A DNA stretch of 64,000 nt. Source: a virus (lineage: Duplodnaviria > Caudoviricetes). Below are positions 28,993 through 39,201 of this stretch, piece after piece (within the stretch, counting starts at the first letter, position 1; every line of letters starts with the position of its first letter). A model generated the notes under the pieces. The model worked only from the letters and a program-made list of their open reading frames with translations. It searched no databases and was not told the origin of the DNA. The stretch is taken from IMG/VR virus record IMGVR_UViG_3300021502_000037, positions 1,047 to 65,046 of that record. One strand, 5' to 3'. Made by a program: the position numbers and the translations under genes.

Positions 28993-31716
28993 ATGGCTGA
29001 TAATACAACTATTTGGACACAAACTAATTTAGCTCAGTGGGCTGAAGATAGTAATAGGGGCTCGTGGTATAAATACTTGCAGTCTTCTAAGTCATTACAG
29101 TTATCTATTAAAGGTAAAATGACCATTTCTTCTAATTTAAAAGGCTGTTTGACTGTAAGTAATATTGGAACATTAAATTTACAAGGGTATTTAAAACAAA
29201 ATTTTAATAGCTTAATAAATTTAAATAGTAGAATAAAAATTTTTGAACATACTAATATTAATTTGGTATCCGCAGTAAAAGGAAAAGTAGTAGATAATAA
29301 GGGCCTACAAAGTTTCATACGTAGTACTTCTCAAGAAAATATTAATTTATTGTCTTATATTAAGCAACAATTTCAATTCCAGAAGAATTTATTATTTGCA
29401 GTGAAAGGGAAAGCAATTAGCAGCGTAGATTTTGTTGAGGCAATAAAAGGAACAACAATTGGGTCTATTAATATAATTGGTTTTACTAGAAGTGTAGTTG
29501 AGGAGTATATTAATTTATATGGATATACTAAACAAACATATAATTATTTTGAAGATATAAGAAATATTATACGTGGAAAAGTAATAGAAGAACAATCAAA
29601 TTTATTTAATTATATTAAAAGCCAAGTAATTTTATATAAAAATATAATTGGGTATACAAAAGCAATAGAACCCTATTCAATAATAGAGATTAAAAATATT
29701 GTGAAGGGAATTGGGTATGGTTTTGAAGACATTAGAAATATTATTAAAGGATTTAAAAGAGATGTAAATTTTAATTTAAGTAGTTATTTGAAAATTTTTT
29801 TCCCCGCTGGTAATAAAAATTTATCTTTTTATCTTAAAACGACTATAATAGAGTATAGTGATTTTAATATTTATTTACAAACCATACCTTATATGTTATT
29901 GACTATTAATATAAGAGGTATTTTTCCTACAAATTTACCAACTATAGATTTATCAGCTGAAATGCTCACAAATAATAATGCTAGATGGTTACCTGCTTAT
30001 ATTTCAGCATTTCAATATAAAGATCTTTCAATAAATCTTATATCCACATATATTTTTAATTTACCATCCTATCTTAATACTATACAACCTGTTAATATAG
30101 GTGTTTCTTTACATGGTTTTGCTAAACATGACTTGGGTATAGTGTTTAATACTGGTTTTTGGCCAGAACTTAATGCTAATATAGTATCTATACCACCAAA
30201 AAATTTGGGGGCAATAATAATTGGTTACTTGGGGATGTTGTATAAAAAAGATTTAGGTATTATGGTTGGTGGTGTTTTAAAGACTAATTTATTAGCATAT
30301 TTAAAGCCTGTTTTACCCATTGATTTAAAAGTATTTTTAACGCCGAAAGGTAAAATTTTTAATCTTGGAGCAGAGATAAAACCTAAAATTATTTTTATGA
30401 AGTCTGTAATTTATGTTGCACTTTTAGAACATATGGATTTAAATGCCATAATAAATTATGGTTGTGAGTTTTCAACATATAGTAATCTTCCAGTTTATTT
30501 TAATACTTTATTTTTAAAAGAACTAACCGCTGTAATACAACCTAAATTAGCTACGAATCAAGTTAATAATTTAAATTTTGTGATTAACTATAATGAATAT
30601 ATAGGAACAAATATATTTGATATAAATTATTTTATTGGAAGAAATAAAGATATTTATACTTCTATGAAAATAGAATTTGAAGGTTATAGTAATGTTATAA
30701 ATATTGGGTATATAGAGTTAGATTTTGTTAAAACTTTTGCAAAAAATCTTAATTTAACATTAAATTGTATTTTATCTTCTATGGATTTATCAGCTAAAAT
30801 ACAACCTATATCTATTTTAGGGTATCAATATAACCCTTTAAATATTGATTTGAGTACTAGACGTATAATTATAGATATAAATAAAATACATGAGCAGTGG
30901 TATAGAGTAGTAGAATTATTTTTTAGCTCTGGGACAAAAGAAAATTATAACTTAAATTATGTTTATTTTGACGGTGTAAAAAAAGTTTTTAAAGAAGATA
31001 AAGATAGATATTGGACAGTGCTATTGGCGTCCCATTTACCAAATAAAGACGATTTATTACCACAAAAATTAGATATTAAAAAAAAATATTTAATAAAATT
31101 ATCTGATTACTCTACAATAGACGAAGCAGTTAAATATTTAATTGATAGGGTTGCTATCCCTAGAAAATTAAATTTAAAAGGTATACTAAACGTAATTCAA
31201 TTACCACAATTAAATTTATCTTGTAGTTTAATAAGTGATTTTAAATATAAATGGGCAAAAAATCTTAAGAATAGTATTATAGGTGATTATGTAGAAGTAA
31301 CACTTCTCTCAAGTATAAAATCTGTGGTACAGACAATGAACGACTTATTAACCGCAACTAAAAGTATTCATCGAACATTTAGTAACTTACAAAATAGAAT
31401 TGGGTATATGTCTGATACAAATGGGTTACAAGTAGCACTACTTGCTGGAGGGTCTGATGCAATTGAATTAAAAATGGCAACAAAACATTTATATAAATTC
31501 TCGACGGGCCTATTAACCACTTTAAATTATTATTATGGTAATTTAAGTATTGTGAATGCAATAAAAGGAACGTTGGCCGGTATGTATGATGTAAAGGTCA
31601 CACTGTCGCCTATCGGTTATCTGGTACCAGAAAGTTTTAATTTGGTGTTTAATTTTACAGAGGGTAATTATGTAGAGCCAGAGCATAATAGTATTGAATT
31701 TAATTTTTATATTTAA
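28993..31716 (+). CDS. Repeat-rich putative structural protein
   Basis: Many approximately 11-15-aa (N/D)L-x-x-x-(I/L)-(K/R)-G-like repeats. Confidence 0.5.
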   Translation: MADNTTIWTQTNLAQWAEDSNRGSWYKYLQSSKSLQLSIKGKMTISSNLKGCLTVSNIGTLNLQGYLKQNFNSLINLNSRIKIFEHTNINLVSAVKGKVVDNKGLQSFIRSTSQENINLLSYIKQQFQFQKNLLFAVKGKAISSVDFVEAIKGTTIGSINIIGFTRSVVEEYINLYGYTKQTYNYFEDIRNIIRGKVIEEQSNLFNYIKSQVILYKNIIGYTKAIEPYSIIEIKNIVKGIGYGFEDIRNIIKGFKRDVNFNLSSYLKIFFPAGNKNLSFYLKTTIIEYSDFNIYLQTIPYMLLTINIRGIFPTNLPTIDLSAEMLTNNNARWLPAYISAFQYKDLSINLISTYIFNLPSYLNTIQPVNIGVSLHGFAKHDLGIVFNTGFWPELNANIVSIPPKNLGAIIIGYLGMLYKKDLGIMVGGVLKTNLLAYLKPVLPIDLKVFLTPKGKIFNLGAEIKPKIIFMKSVIYVALLEHMDLNAIINYGCEFSTYSNLPVYFNTLFLKELTAVIQPKLATNQVNNLNFVINYNEYIGTNIFDINYFIGRNKDIYTSMKIEFEGYSNVINIGYIELDFVKTFAKNLNLTLNCILSSMDLSAKIQPISILGYQYNPLNIDLSTRRIIIDINKIHEQWYRVVELFFSSGTKENYNLNYVYFDGVKKVFKEDKDRYWTVLLASHLPNKDDLLPQKLDIKKKYLIKLSDYSTIDEAVKYLIDRVAIPRKLNLKGILNVIQLPQLNLSCSLISDFKYKWAKNLKNSIIGDYVEVTLLSSIKSVVQTMNDLLTATKSIHRTFSNLQNRIGYMSDTNGLQVALLAGGSDAIELKMATKHLYKFSTGLLTTLNYYYGNLSIVNAIKGTLAGMYDVKVTLSPIGYLVPESFNLVFNFTEGNYVEPEHNSIEFNFYI

Positions 31717-31728
31717 AATAGGTGGTAT

Positions 31729-32640
31729 ATGGAAATTTTAAAGGTTGGAAATAATAAAGAATATAGTACCGTACAGGCAGCAGTAACCGCAGCCGTGGAT
31801 GACGATATAGTATTGATTTACCCAGGTAATTATGAGGAAGAGGTAGTAATTCAAAAAAGGGTACATTTACGTGGTAACACAAAAAACGTGTCCAACGGGG
31901 ATGTGACAATAACCTCTGATAACTCAACACCGTTATCTATAAATTGTAATACAACAACTACAGGTATAATATATATAGAAAATATAAAATTAATTACTGA
32001 CTCGACTAGTTCTATTGATGGTTCGTTTAAGGTAGTATCTGCGGATGAGGCTTTGTATATAAAAGTAAATCGTTGTAGTTTACATGCTACCAATAATAGT
32101 GGGGATTCATCAAATATCTATATTGGAGACCCTGTATTTTGTGGTGGGGTGTCGGTTTCTTACTGTTATTTATATTCAAATAATTTTCATACAAAATATT
32201 TAGAAAATGTGAATGTATCATCGTTAATAAAAACAGAGTGTAATTATATATTACAATCATATTACGGATGTCCTACCGTAGATGATACAGTATATACGCC
32301 TACATATGGATATGGAACAGATTATGGTTCTAATTTAATAACCCCTTATATGTATTATTTTTCTGGTTATACAAAAAAGCTTGGAATTCCAGTTAGTAGA
32401 GTGGTAAAAGCTTTTACAGAAGATAAATATGAGTATTCGCCAGTTATGTCTGAATCAAATTATACTTGTATAGCGGAAGAAACGTCAGTTACTGGTACGG
32501 GTTATTTTTATTTACAAACAACTTTTTCTGGTGCACACCAAATAATATGTGAAGATGACAAGACTGGAGTAAAGTATAATGATTTAATATATTCAGATGT
32601 TTATCCTTCTACAGTATCTGGATTTACAGGATTACCATAA
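31729..32640 (+). CDS. Putative beta-helix/pectin-lyase-like virion protein
   Basis: N-terminal VG..KEYSTVQAAV.AA...D.VLIYPGNYEEEV cap motif. Confidence 0.55.
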   Translation: MEILKVGNNKEYSTVQAAVTAAVDDDIVLIYPGNYEEEVVIQKRVHLRGNTKNVSNGDVTITSDNSTPLSINCNTTTTGIIYIENIKLITDSTSSIDGSFKVVSADEALYIKVNRCSLHATNNSGDSSNIYIGDPVFCGGVSVSYCYLYSNNFHTKYLENVNVSSLIKTECNYILQSYYGCPTVDDTVYTPTYGYGTDYGSNLITPYMYYFSGYTKKLGIPVSRVVKAFTEDKYEYSPVMSESNYTCIAEETSVTGTGYFYLQTTFSGAHQIICEDDKTGVKYNDLIYSDVYPSTVSGFTGLP

Positions 32641-32658
32641 ATTTTTAATAATTAATAC

Positions 32659-32686
32659 TTGACAAATATTTATACTGTATTACTAT
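32659..32686 (+). promoter_or_regulatory. sigma70-like promoter at the start of the replication block
   Basis: TTGACA-N16-TACTAT in an intergenic gap. Confidence 0.75.
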
Positions 32687-32728
32687 GTATATATTAGCAA
32701 TTAATAATTATAAAGAGAGGAAAAATTT

Positions 32729-33856
32729 ATGGAATTTACAATTAATATTTTAGAATTACAAAAAGCCATGAAAATTGTAGGAGTAGCAGCAAATATAAAT
32801 GCTGTAGATTTGTCAGGTAAGATACATATATTCGCAAAAAAAGACATAATAATTTTTAGTGTAGTAGGTTACAATTTATCTGTAACTTACACAGTTTCGG
32901 AATGCGATGTTATTGTAGAAGGAGAGGTTCTAGTAGAATACAATAAAATAAAACCTTTTGTAACATCGTTCAAACCTTGGGATGGTAAGATAGGAGTTAA
33001 AGAATTTAAATTTATTTTAAATGATGTATTTATAGTTAAAGTTAAGAATATTCATAAGGATGGTACATTTTCTGCAGGCGTAGTGAAATTACCGCATTAT
33101 GCCCCACAAAAACCTATAGGAGATACAGTCATAGTATCCCCAACATTTACTTTAGATGCTGCCGATTTTATAACTGCTACAAATAAAGTTTTATACGCAG
33201 TTAACCCGTTAGAATTTAATATAAAGATTATAAGTGGTATGAACATTGTATTCTCTGACGATACAGTAAGTTTTGTTGGGACTGACGGCAGGTCTTTATC
33301 TGAGTACATAGTTAAAAATGATGGCGGGCTAAAAGAAGGTAACTTTGTTGTTAAATATGATTTTATAATGGGTATACGTAGAATAGTTAGTACAGACTCT
33401 AAAATTTTTTGGAAGGTTTCTAATAATAAAATACAAGTATTTTTTGATAATATTTTCTTTTCAGGTAGTAGAATTATAAGTGGGGAGTATCCTCCATATA
33501 GAGACATGTTTTCACAATATGAAAATGAAATACTATTAGATAAACAAATTATAATGGATAGTTTATTACCATTTAAAGATCTATTAGAGTCAGAAGATAA
33601 TAATAGACTTACTTTTTCTATACATGGAGATACAGTATATTTTAAAAATCCAGCGTTAGAATTTGAAACTAAACAGGATATAAAAGATGTCGAATTAATT
33701 ATAGATATTGATGGTAGTTTATTAGTTAAAGCTATAGAACATATAAAATCTGAAAAGATCAAAATGTATTATTCTGATTCTGATGGAATTCTTATTTTTG
33801 ATGAAGAAGAAGGAAGTAACCAAAAAGCCCTTATAACTCCGCTTAAATTTAGATAG
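32729..33856 (+). CDS. dnaN: DNA polymerase III beta sliding clamp
   Basis: 375 aa with VGTDGRSLS and GEYPPY motifs and a C-terminal LITPLK. Confidence 0.85.
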   Translation: MEFTINILELQKAMKIVGVAANINAVDLSGKIHIFAKKDIIIFSVVGYNLSVTYTVSECDVIVEGEVLVEYNKIKPFVTSFKPWDGKIGVKEFKFILNDVFIVKVKNIHKDGTFSAGVVKLPHYAPQKPIGDTVIVSPTFTLDAADFITATNKVLYAVNPLEFNIKIISGMNIVFSDDTVSFVGTDGRSLSEYIVKNDGGLKEGNFVVKYDFIMGIRRIVSTDSKIFWKVSNNKIQVFFDNIFFSGSRIISGEYPPYRDMFSQYENEILLDKQIIMDSLLPFKDLLESEDNNRLTFSIHGDTVYFKNPALEFETKQDIKDVELIIDIDGSLLVKAIEHIKSEKIKMYYSDSDGILIFDEEEGSNQKALITPLKFR

Positions 33857-33860
33857 TACT

Positions 33861-34481
33861 GTGGGTAAAGACATGGACATTGGTACTTTTATAGACAAAT
33901 TTAATAGTTTATTACTGGAAAGTAAAACGAATAATATATTTGGAAAAGATTATTTGTATGATAATTTGGATAAAGTTTGTGTAGATTATTTAAGATATCG
34001 TGGGTATATCGTTCCGAATAAAATTTCTTATACTTCTAATATAACAAAAATGGATCAATTAATAGATATATTTTATTTGAATTTATATAAATATCATCCA
34101 GACTATATTAAGCTGTATAAAGATAAAATTAAAGATAGGCAAGCTGTTTCAGCTTTTGTTAAGAGTAGACAAACAGCCTCTGAAACATCTAGAAAAGAAG
34201 CTTTAAATGAATGTGCGGATATTATATATAAATTTTTTGAATACGAGAGTGATATAGGGTTTTCAGGAACTGTAAGTTTATCAATTTTTTCTGTAGTAAA
34301 GTTAAAATGGGTAGTAGAAAAGGTTTTGGATCTTATAAATAATAAGAGACAAGAAGATAAAGACAAGGAATTAAAAATAAAAATAGATAAAATGACTAAT
34401 GATAACAAACATGAAAATGTTGGAATAGGTAATTTAGATACTATTTTAAATAGTATAATAGGGGGTGCCGATGTCGAGTAA
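33861..34481 (+). CDS. Hypothetical protein
   Basis: 206-aa ORF packed between dnaN and recA. Confidence 0.6.
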   Translation: MGKDMDIGTFIDKFNSLLLESKTNNIFGKDYLYDNLDKVCVDYLRYRGYIVPNKISYTSNITKMDQLIDIFYLNLYKYHPDYIKLYKDKIKDRQAVSAFVKSRQTASETSRKEALNECADIIYKFFEYESDIGFSGTVSLSIFSVVKLKWVVEKVLDLINNKRQEDKDKELKIKIDKMTNDNKHENVGIGNLDTILNSIIGGADVE

Positions 34482-35559
34482 ACAAAAAAAAGAACCTAGA
34501 AAGAAGATAGATATAAATAATGATAATAAAGAAGCACAATTGGAACTTATAAAAAAAGCTATAGTTAAAAAGTATGGCAACGTTATGAGTAAGTTGAGTG
34601 ACTATAATGATATATTGATTCAGACTATTTCTTCTGGATGTATAGGATTAGATTTAGCTATGGGGAGAGGTGGTTTTGCTCGTGGTAGGATTTATGAAGT
34701 TTATGGCCCTAATAGTAGTGGTAAAACTACCTTGGCATTAAATGCTGTAATACAGGCTCAGAAGCGTGGATTAAAGGCGTGTTTTATAGACGCAGAGCAT
34801 TCAGCAGATAGAGAATTGTTTAAGAACTATGGGGTTGATATAGAAGCTTTAGATATAATTCAAGGTTATGATGGAGAAGCTAATCTAGATATTTTAGAGA
34901 AACTTGTGCGAACAGGGGCTTATGACATAGCAGTTGTTGATAGTGTTAGCGCTTTAATACCGAGGAGTGAAGCTGAAGCAGATATAGATAAGGAGTTTAT
35001 GGGTCTTCATGCTAGATTAATGAGTAAAGCTCTACGGAGGTTGGCACCTCTTGCTGATGAAGTTAATTGTTTAATTATATTTATAAATCAATTAAGAATG
35101 AAGATTGGGAGTTATGGGGATCCAACCACAACAACTGGTGGGGAGGCTCTAGGTTTTTATTCTAGTGGTAGGATATTCGTAAGGGGGCCAGAAGCTAAAG
35201 CAAGAAGGATTGTGGACTCAGTAACTGGAGATGTAATTGGACATACTACAGAATTTGAAATGATAAAAAATAAATTGTCTTCGCCGTTTAAAAAGGCTAC
35301 TGTAAATTTAATTTATGGTAATGGGTATGATCTATATACTGAACTAGTAGATTTAGCAGTTAGTGTTGGGATAATAGATAAAGCCGGTTCATGGTATAAA
35401 TATAATGGTGAGTCTATAGGGCAGGGCTCTATTGGTGTTGTAAAGTACTTAAAAGAATATCAAGATATTCACGGTGAAATTAGAAAAAAAGTATTGGAGC
35501 TTTTAGGTATTGATAAGATTTATAATGAACAAGTAGATAGTTTAGAAGAAACTAATTGA
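34471..35559 (+). CDS. recA: RecA recombinase
   Basis: GPNSSGKTT Walker A, FIDAEH, VVDSVSALIPRSE, ARLMSKALR, FINQLR, TTGGEAL, AGSWY motifs. Confidence 0.97.
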   Translation: MSSKQKKEPRKKIDINNDNKEAQLELIKKAIVKKYGNVMSKLSDYNDILIQTISSGCIGLDLAMGRGGFARGRIYEVYGPNSSGKTTLALNAVIQAQKRGLKACFIDAEHSADRELFKNYGVDIEALDIIQGYDGEANLDILEKLVRTGAYDIAVVDSVSALIPRSEAEADIDKEFMGLHARLMSKALRRLAPLADEVNCLIIFINQLRMKIGSYGDPTTTTGGEALGFYSSGRIFVRGPEAKARRIVDSVTGDVIGHTTEFEMIKNKLSSPFKKATVNLIYGNGYDLYTELVDLAVSVGIIDKAGSWYKYNGESIGQGSIGVVKYLKEYQDIHGEIRKKVLELLGIDKIYNEQVDSLEETN

Positions 35560-35912
35560 GTTTAATATCTGAAAATATTTATGATACTGTACGTAAAATT
35601 TTGCCGGGGTTAAGAATAACAAAAGAATACTATGTTAAATTTAAGAATAAAAAATTATTTTTTGATTTTTATATAGCAGATTTAAGTCTTTTAGTAGAAG
35701 TACAGGGTATACAACATGTAGAATTTGTAAAACATTTTCATGGGAATAAAGAAAAGTTTTTAGAACAAAGATATAGAGATAATTTAAAAATAGAATATAC
35801 AGAAAACAGTAACAAATCTTTGGTTAGATTTTATTACGATGAAATTATAACCGAAGACTTGGTAATGCTAAAATTTAATAAAGTATTTGACAAAGGTGGG
35901 TTTTATGAGTGA
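35556..35912 (+). CDS. Vsr/DUF559-like endonuclease
   Basis: LFFDFYI...VEVQG.QH...RDNLK motif. Confidence 0.7.
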   Translation: MSLISENIYDTVRKILPGLRITKEYYVKFKNKKLFFDFYIADLSLLVEVQGIQHVEFVKHFHGNKEKFLEQRYRDNLKIEYTENSNKSLVRFYYDEIITEDLVMLKFNKVFDKGGFYE

Positions 35913-36195
35913 GATTTTGATTTCAACTACTAATGACTCCTTAAGGTATAAAAAAGATTGTAAAGATTTTGAATGTTTAAAAGATGGAACCTTAACTGGA
36001 GATGAGAGGTATTGTGAAAAAAGTCATAGATGTCAACAACGTGGTTTTAGAAATGGTAAATCTGTTGGTATGTTGCTTGGTATATTAATAATTAAAGATA
36101 TAGTTACTGGGGAAGTTATAGAGCATTTACCTTTTTGTACTGGTATACATGACTTAAGAACTATAGATAAAAAATTTACTGATTCAATAATATAA
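35905..36195 (+). CDS. Small Cys-containing hypothetical protein
   Basis: ORF overlapping the upstream stop; ATG at 35905. Confidence 0.5.
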   Translation: MSEILISTTNDSLRYKKDCKDFECLKDGTLTGDERYCEKSHRCQQRGFRNGKSVGMLLGILIIKDIVTGEVIEHLPFCTGIHDLRTIDKKFTDSII

Positions 36196-36210
36196 TTGGA
36201 GATTTTATAA

Positions 36211-36672
36211 ATGGATAATGATGTGTTGTTATTTCGATATGTAAAACCAAACACAGGTTTGATTGAAGAGGCCATGTCTTATGATGTTAGAAAGCTAGAA
36301 CAAACAACCGGAGAAGTATTAAGTAAGTATGCTTTAGTTTTATCGCAATATAATGTATTTTTTACTTCGGAACGGAATAAAATAAAGGTAACAATTCATA
36401 AAGCAAAAAGGTTACTAGATGGTATAATCAATACCATTTTAACAAAGGAAGATGTAAAAAAGCATGGTACAAAAACTGCAGCAGTCAATTATATTGTAAG
36501 TAGCAGTGCAAAATACAATGGGATTAGCGAGGACATTAATGCAGCCAATGAAGAGTTACTTTATATAGAAGGTATAGATAAAACAGTATCTGATTTGGTT
36601 GCTACTATAAAAAGAGAGTTGACTAGAAGAGAAAATGAGTTGCATGCTACAAGGTTTGAAAGAAAAATTTAA
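36211..36672 (+). CDS. Helical protein, possibly UvsY-like recombination mediator
   Basis: 153-aa coiled-coil-like ORF near recA. The function is only a guess. Confidence 0.35.
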   Translation: MDNDVLLFRYVKPNTGLIEEAMSYDVRKLEQTTGEVLSKYALVLSQYNVFFTSERNKIKVTIHKAKRLLDGIINTILTKEDVKKHGTKTAAVNYIVSSSAKYNGISEDINAANEELLYIEGIDKTVSDLVATIKRELTRRENELHATRFERKI

Positions 36673-36680
36673 AGAAATAC

Positions 36681-36708
36681 TTGACAAAGTTGTTTAGATG
36701 ATTATATT
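36681..36708 (+). promoter_or_regulatory. sigma70-like promoter
   Basis: TTGACA-N16-TATATT. Confidence 0.75.
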
Positions 36709-36778
36709 TATATAAAATTAATAGTATAATAGTTTAGCGGTTTATCAACTATAACTTGTGATTATCGGAAAGGAAATT

Positions 36779-37720
36779 ATGACAGAAAACGATATTAAAA
36801 ATTTGGCAGAAATAAAAGAGTTTTTAGAAGAAAACAACATTGAATACAGCACTGAGTTGGGTAATTTTTGTTTGTTTTATGATAGAGAACCTGAAAAAAG
36901 AAGATACGAAATCGAGTATGTGTCCTCATTAGATTTTCCTATAGAGTACCCTAAATATGATATAGAGGGTGTTAATAAAGATTATTTTTTTAATAAATCT
37001 GTAGAGGCAGAAGAAAATAATTCATTCAAGATGTGGATTAAAGATTTTGAATGGGCTGATGACAGAAAAAGACCAATACTGAAGTCACAAATACTACATG
37101 CTTATGGGGTCACACCTAACAAATTCTACGCACGTGAGTGTGTTGTGAAAGAAGTTAGTACAAAAGAAGGAAGGGCTTTTGAGGTTGAAAATTGTTTTTA
37201 TGGGAAAAGAGGGGCATCTCTTAGCTTGGGGTTGTATTTGAAAAAGGATAAGAACGGTTTGAAGAAGGATACGTTGTTGATGCTTTATACGTTTGGAAAA
37301 AATTTTTTTGGCGGAAAAAAAGCAGAAAATATATTAGAGGTACTTCGAGTTGGGACACTGAAAAAATCTTACGTTACAGGCGGGGCCTCTAAATTGCTTA
37401 AATATTTTGTGAAGAATTATGAAACGATTCAGATTGGTAAGCATGAAGTAAAGGTTGAGATTCTTAAATTTTATAGCGATTATGATCATAATCTGGGGTC
37501 TAGTATGGATGGAGTAGGTTTTAAATTCCATAGTTACTCAAAGGGAGGGTTCATGAATCTATGGCTGAAGTCTATGACGGCTAAGCATCGTCAGCCGATG
37601 AAACATAAGTGGGTTATGGAACAGATAAAAATAGGGAAATGTAGGAGTATTCCTAATGCAGGAGTTAAAACATTCCTACTTGATGTTACAACTTATAAAA
37701 AAGAAGTTGGGATAGTTTAA
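36779..37720 (+). CDS. Hef-like protein with a probable Mom/GNAT-like C-terminal domain
   Basis: YARECVVKEV...F...N...G...SLGLY...EVLR...VTGGASKLLKYF...FYSD motif set. Confidence 0.55.
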   Translation: MTENDIKNLAEIKEFLEENNIEYSTELGNFCLFYDREPEKRRYEIEYVSSLDFPIEYPKYDIEGVNKDYFFNKSVEAEENNSFKMWIKDFEWADDRKRPILKSQILHAYGVTPNKFYARECVVKEVSTKEGRAFEVENCFYGKRGASLSLGLYLKKDKNGLKKDTLLMLYTFGKNFFGGKKAENILEVLRVGTLKKSYVTGGASKLLKYFVKNYETIQIGKHEVKVEILKFYSDYDHNLGSSMDGVGFKFHSYSKGGFMNLWLKSMTAKHRQPMKHKWVMEQIKIGKCRSIPNAGVKTFLLDVTTYKKEVGIV

Positions 37721-37724
37721 AATA

Positions 37725-39033
37725 GTGTCTAAAAAATTAACAATAAAAGAGTTTATTAAAAAAGCTGAAAGTGTACATAATTTTCGATACGATTATTCAA
37801 AATCAATATATGTGAATAATCGTATCAAAATTGAAATTATATGTCCAAAGCATGGCAGTTTTTGGCAAAATCCAAATGGTCATATGAGAGGAAGTTGGTG
37901 TAAAAAATGCTCTAATAGCTATAGAAGTAAAAAAAGAAGAACGCCATTGCGAAGATTTATAGAAAGAGCAAATCAAATTCATAATAGTAAGTATGACTAT
38001 TCGTTGGTAAAATATGTAAACAATCCCCACTAAAGTAAAAATTATATGCCCTATTCATGGTATGTTTGAGCAAAAACCAAATAATCATTTACAAGGGCGT
38101 AATTGTTTGAGGTGGGGATATGAAATAAACAGTCAAAATTTTAGAAAGACACTTAAGCAATTTATTTTTGATGCTATATTAGTTCATGGTGATAAATACA
38201 ATTATTTAATGGTTGAATATATAAATGATGGAACAAAAGTTAAAATTATATGTCCAAAACACGGAGAATTTTACCAAACACCAACCCATCATCTTGGAGG
38301 CCAAGGTTGTGCTAAATGTTCCCACCATGTTTCAAAAGGTGAGACAGAGGTATCAAATTGGTTAAAATCCTTTAATTTAAATGTAGAAATAAGTAATAGA
38401 ACTATTATTAAACCAAAAGAAATTGATATTTATTTACCAGATTTCAAACTTGGTATAGAGTATAATGGAACATATTGGCATACAGAAAAATACCGAAAAA
38501 ATATAAATTATCACAGAGATAAAACATTTAAAGCAAGAGAAGCTGGTGTTCATTTGATGCAGTTTTGGGACATTGAGTGGGATGAAAAACAAGATATAGT
38601 AAAGTCAATTATTCTTAGAAAAATTGGTAAAAGTAAATATAATTATTACGCTAAAAATCTTATGGTAAAAGAAGTAAAACCAAGTGAATCGAGAGTCTTT
38701 TGTGAAGTTAATAGTATTCATGGGTTTCGTGATGGTAGAGTTCACAACGGCCTTTACTTTGGTGATGAGTTAATGGTATTAATTGTTGTGGGTAATGGTG
38801 GAGAAATGATTCGATTTGTAGTAAAAAATTACTGTTCTGTAAAAAATAGTTTTTCTAAATTATTAAAGTATTCTGATATAAAATATTCTTTTGTTGATCA
38901 AAGAGTGTTTAATGGTTTAGAGTATTATAAAAATGGTTTCAAACTTTTATATATCACGAAACCAAATTATTTTTATATAAACAAGCATTATAAATTATAT
39001 GATTGTGGGTATATGAAATTTAAAAAAAAGTAA
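37725..39033 (+). pseudogene. Frameshifted Zn-ribbon-repeat/Vsr-like homing endonuclease with degenerate Hef-like C-terminus
   Basis: Repeats F...A..VH..(K/R)YDYS...Y.N...K..IICP.HG.F.Q continue across a +1 shift at about 38025 (TKVKIICPIHGMFEQ in the next frame). Contains EIDIYLP...IEYNG.YWH. Confidence 0.75.
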
Positions 39034-39201
39034 CTTGACAAAATTATTTATATGATTATATTTATATAAGGTTAATAACATTATAAATCACCGGCGCAGT
39101 TTTTGGCGTCCGGTGTATTTGATGGCTATTAAAAATAAAATTTGACAATATTAAAATAAGTATTATGTTAATATATAAAAGAAGTAAGCAAAGGTAGTTC
39201 A
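39031..39201 (+). repeat. Dual-promoter/hairpin cassette, copy 1 (copy 2 at 50028-50201)
   Basis: TTGACA at 39035 and 39142, GC-rich hairpin at 39085-39120, ends in agcaaaggtagttca. Confidence 0.85.

Noticed and set aside
35887-35915. TTGACA as a promoter
   Set aside because: Inside a CDS, with no -10 box at 16-18 nt.
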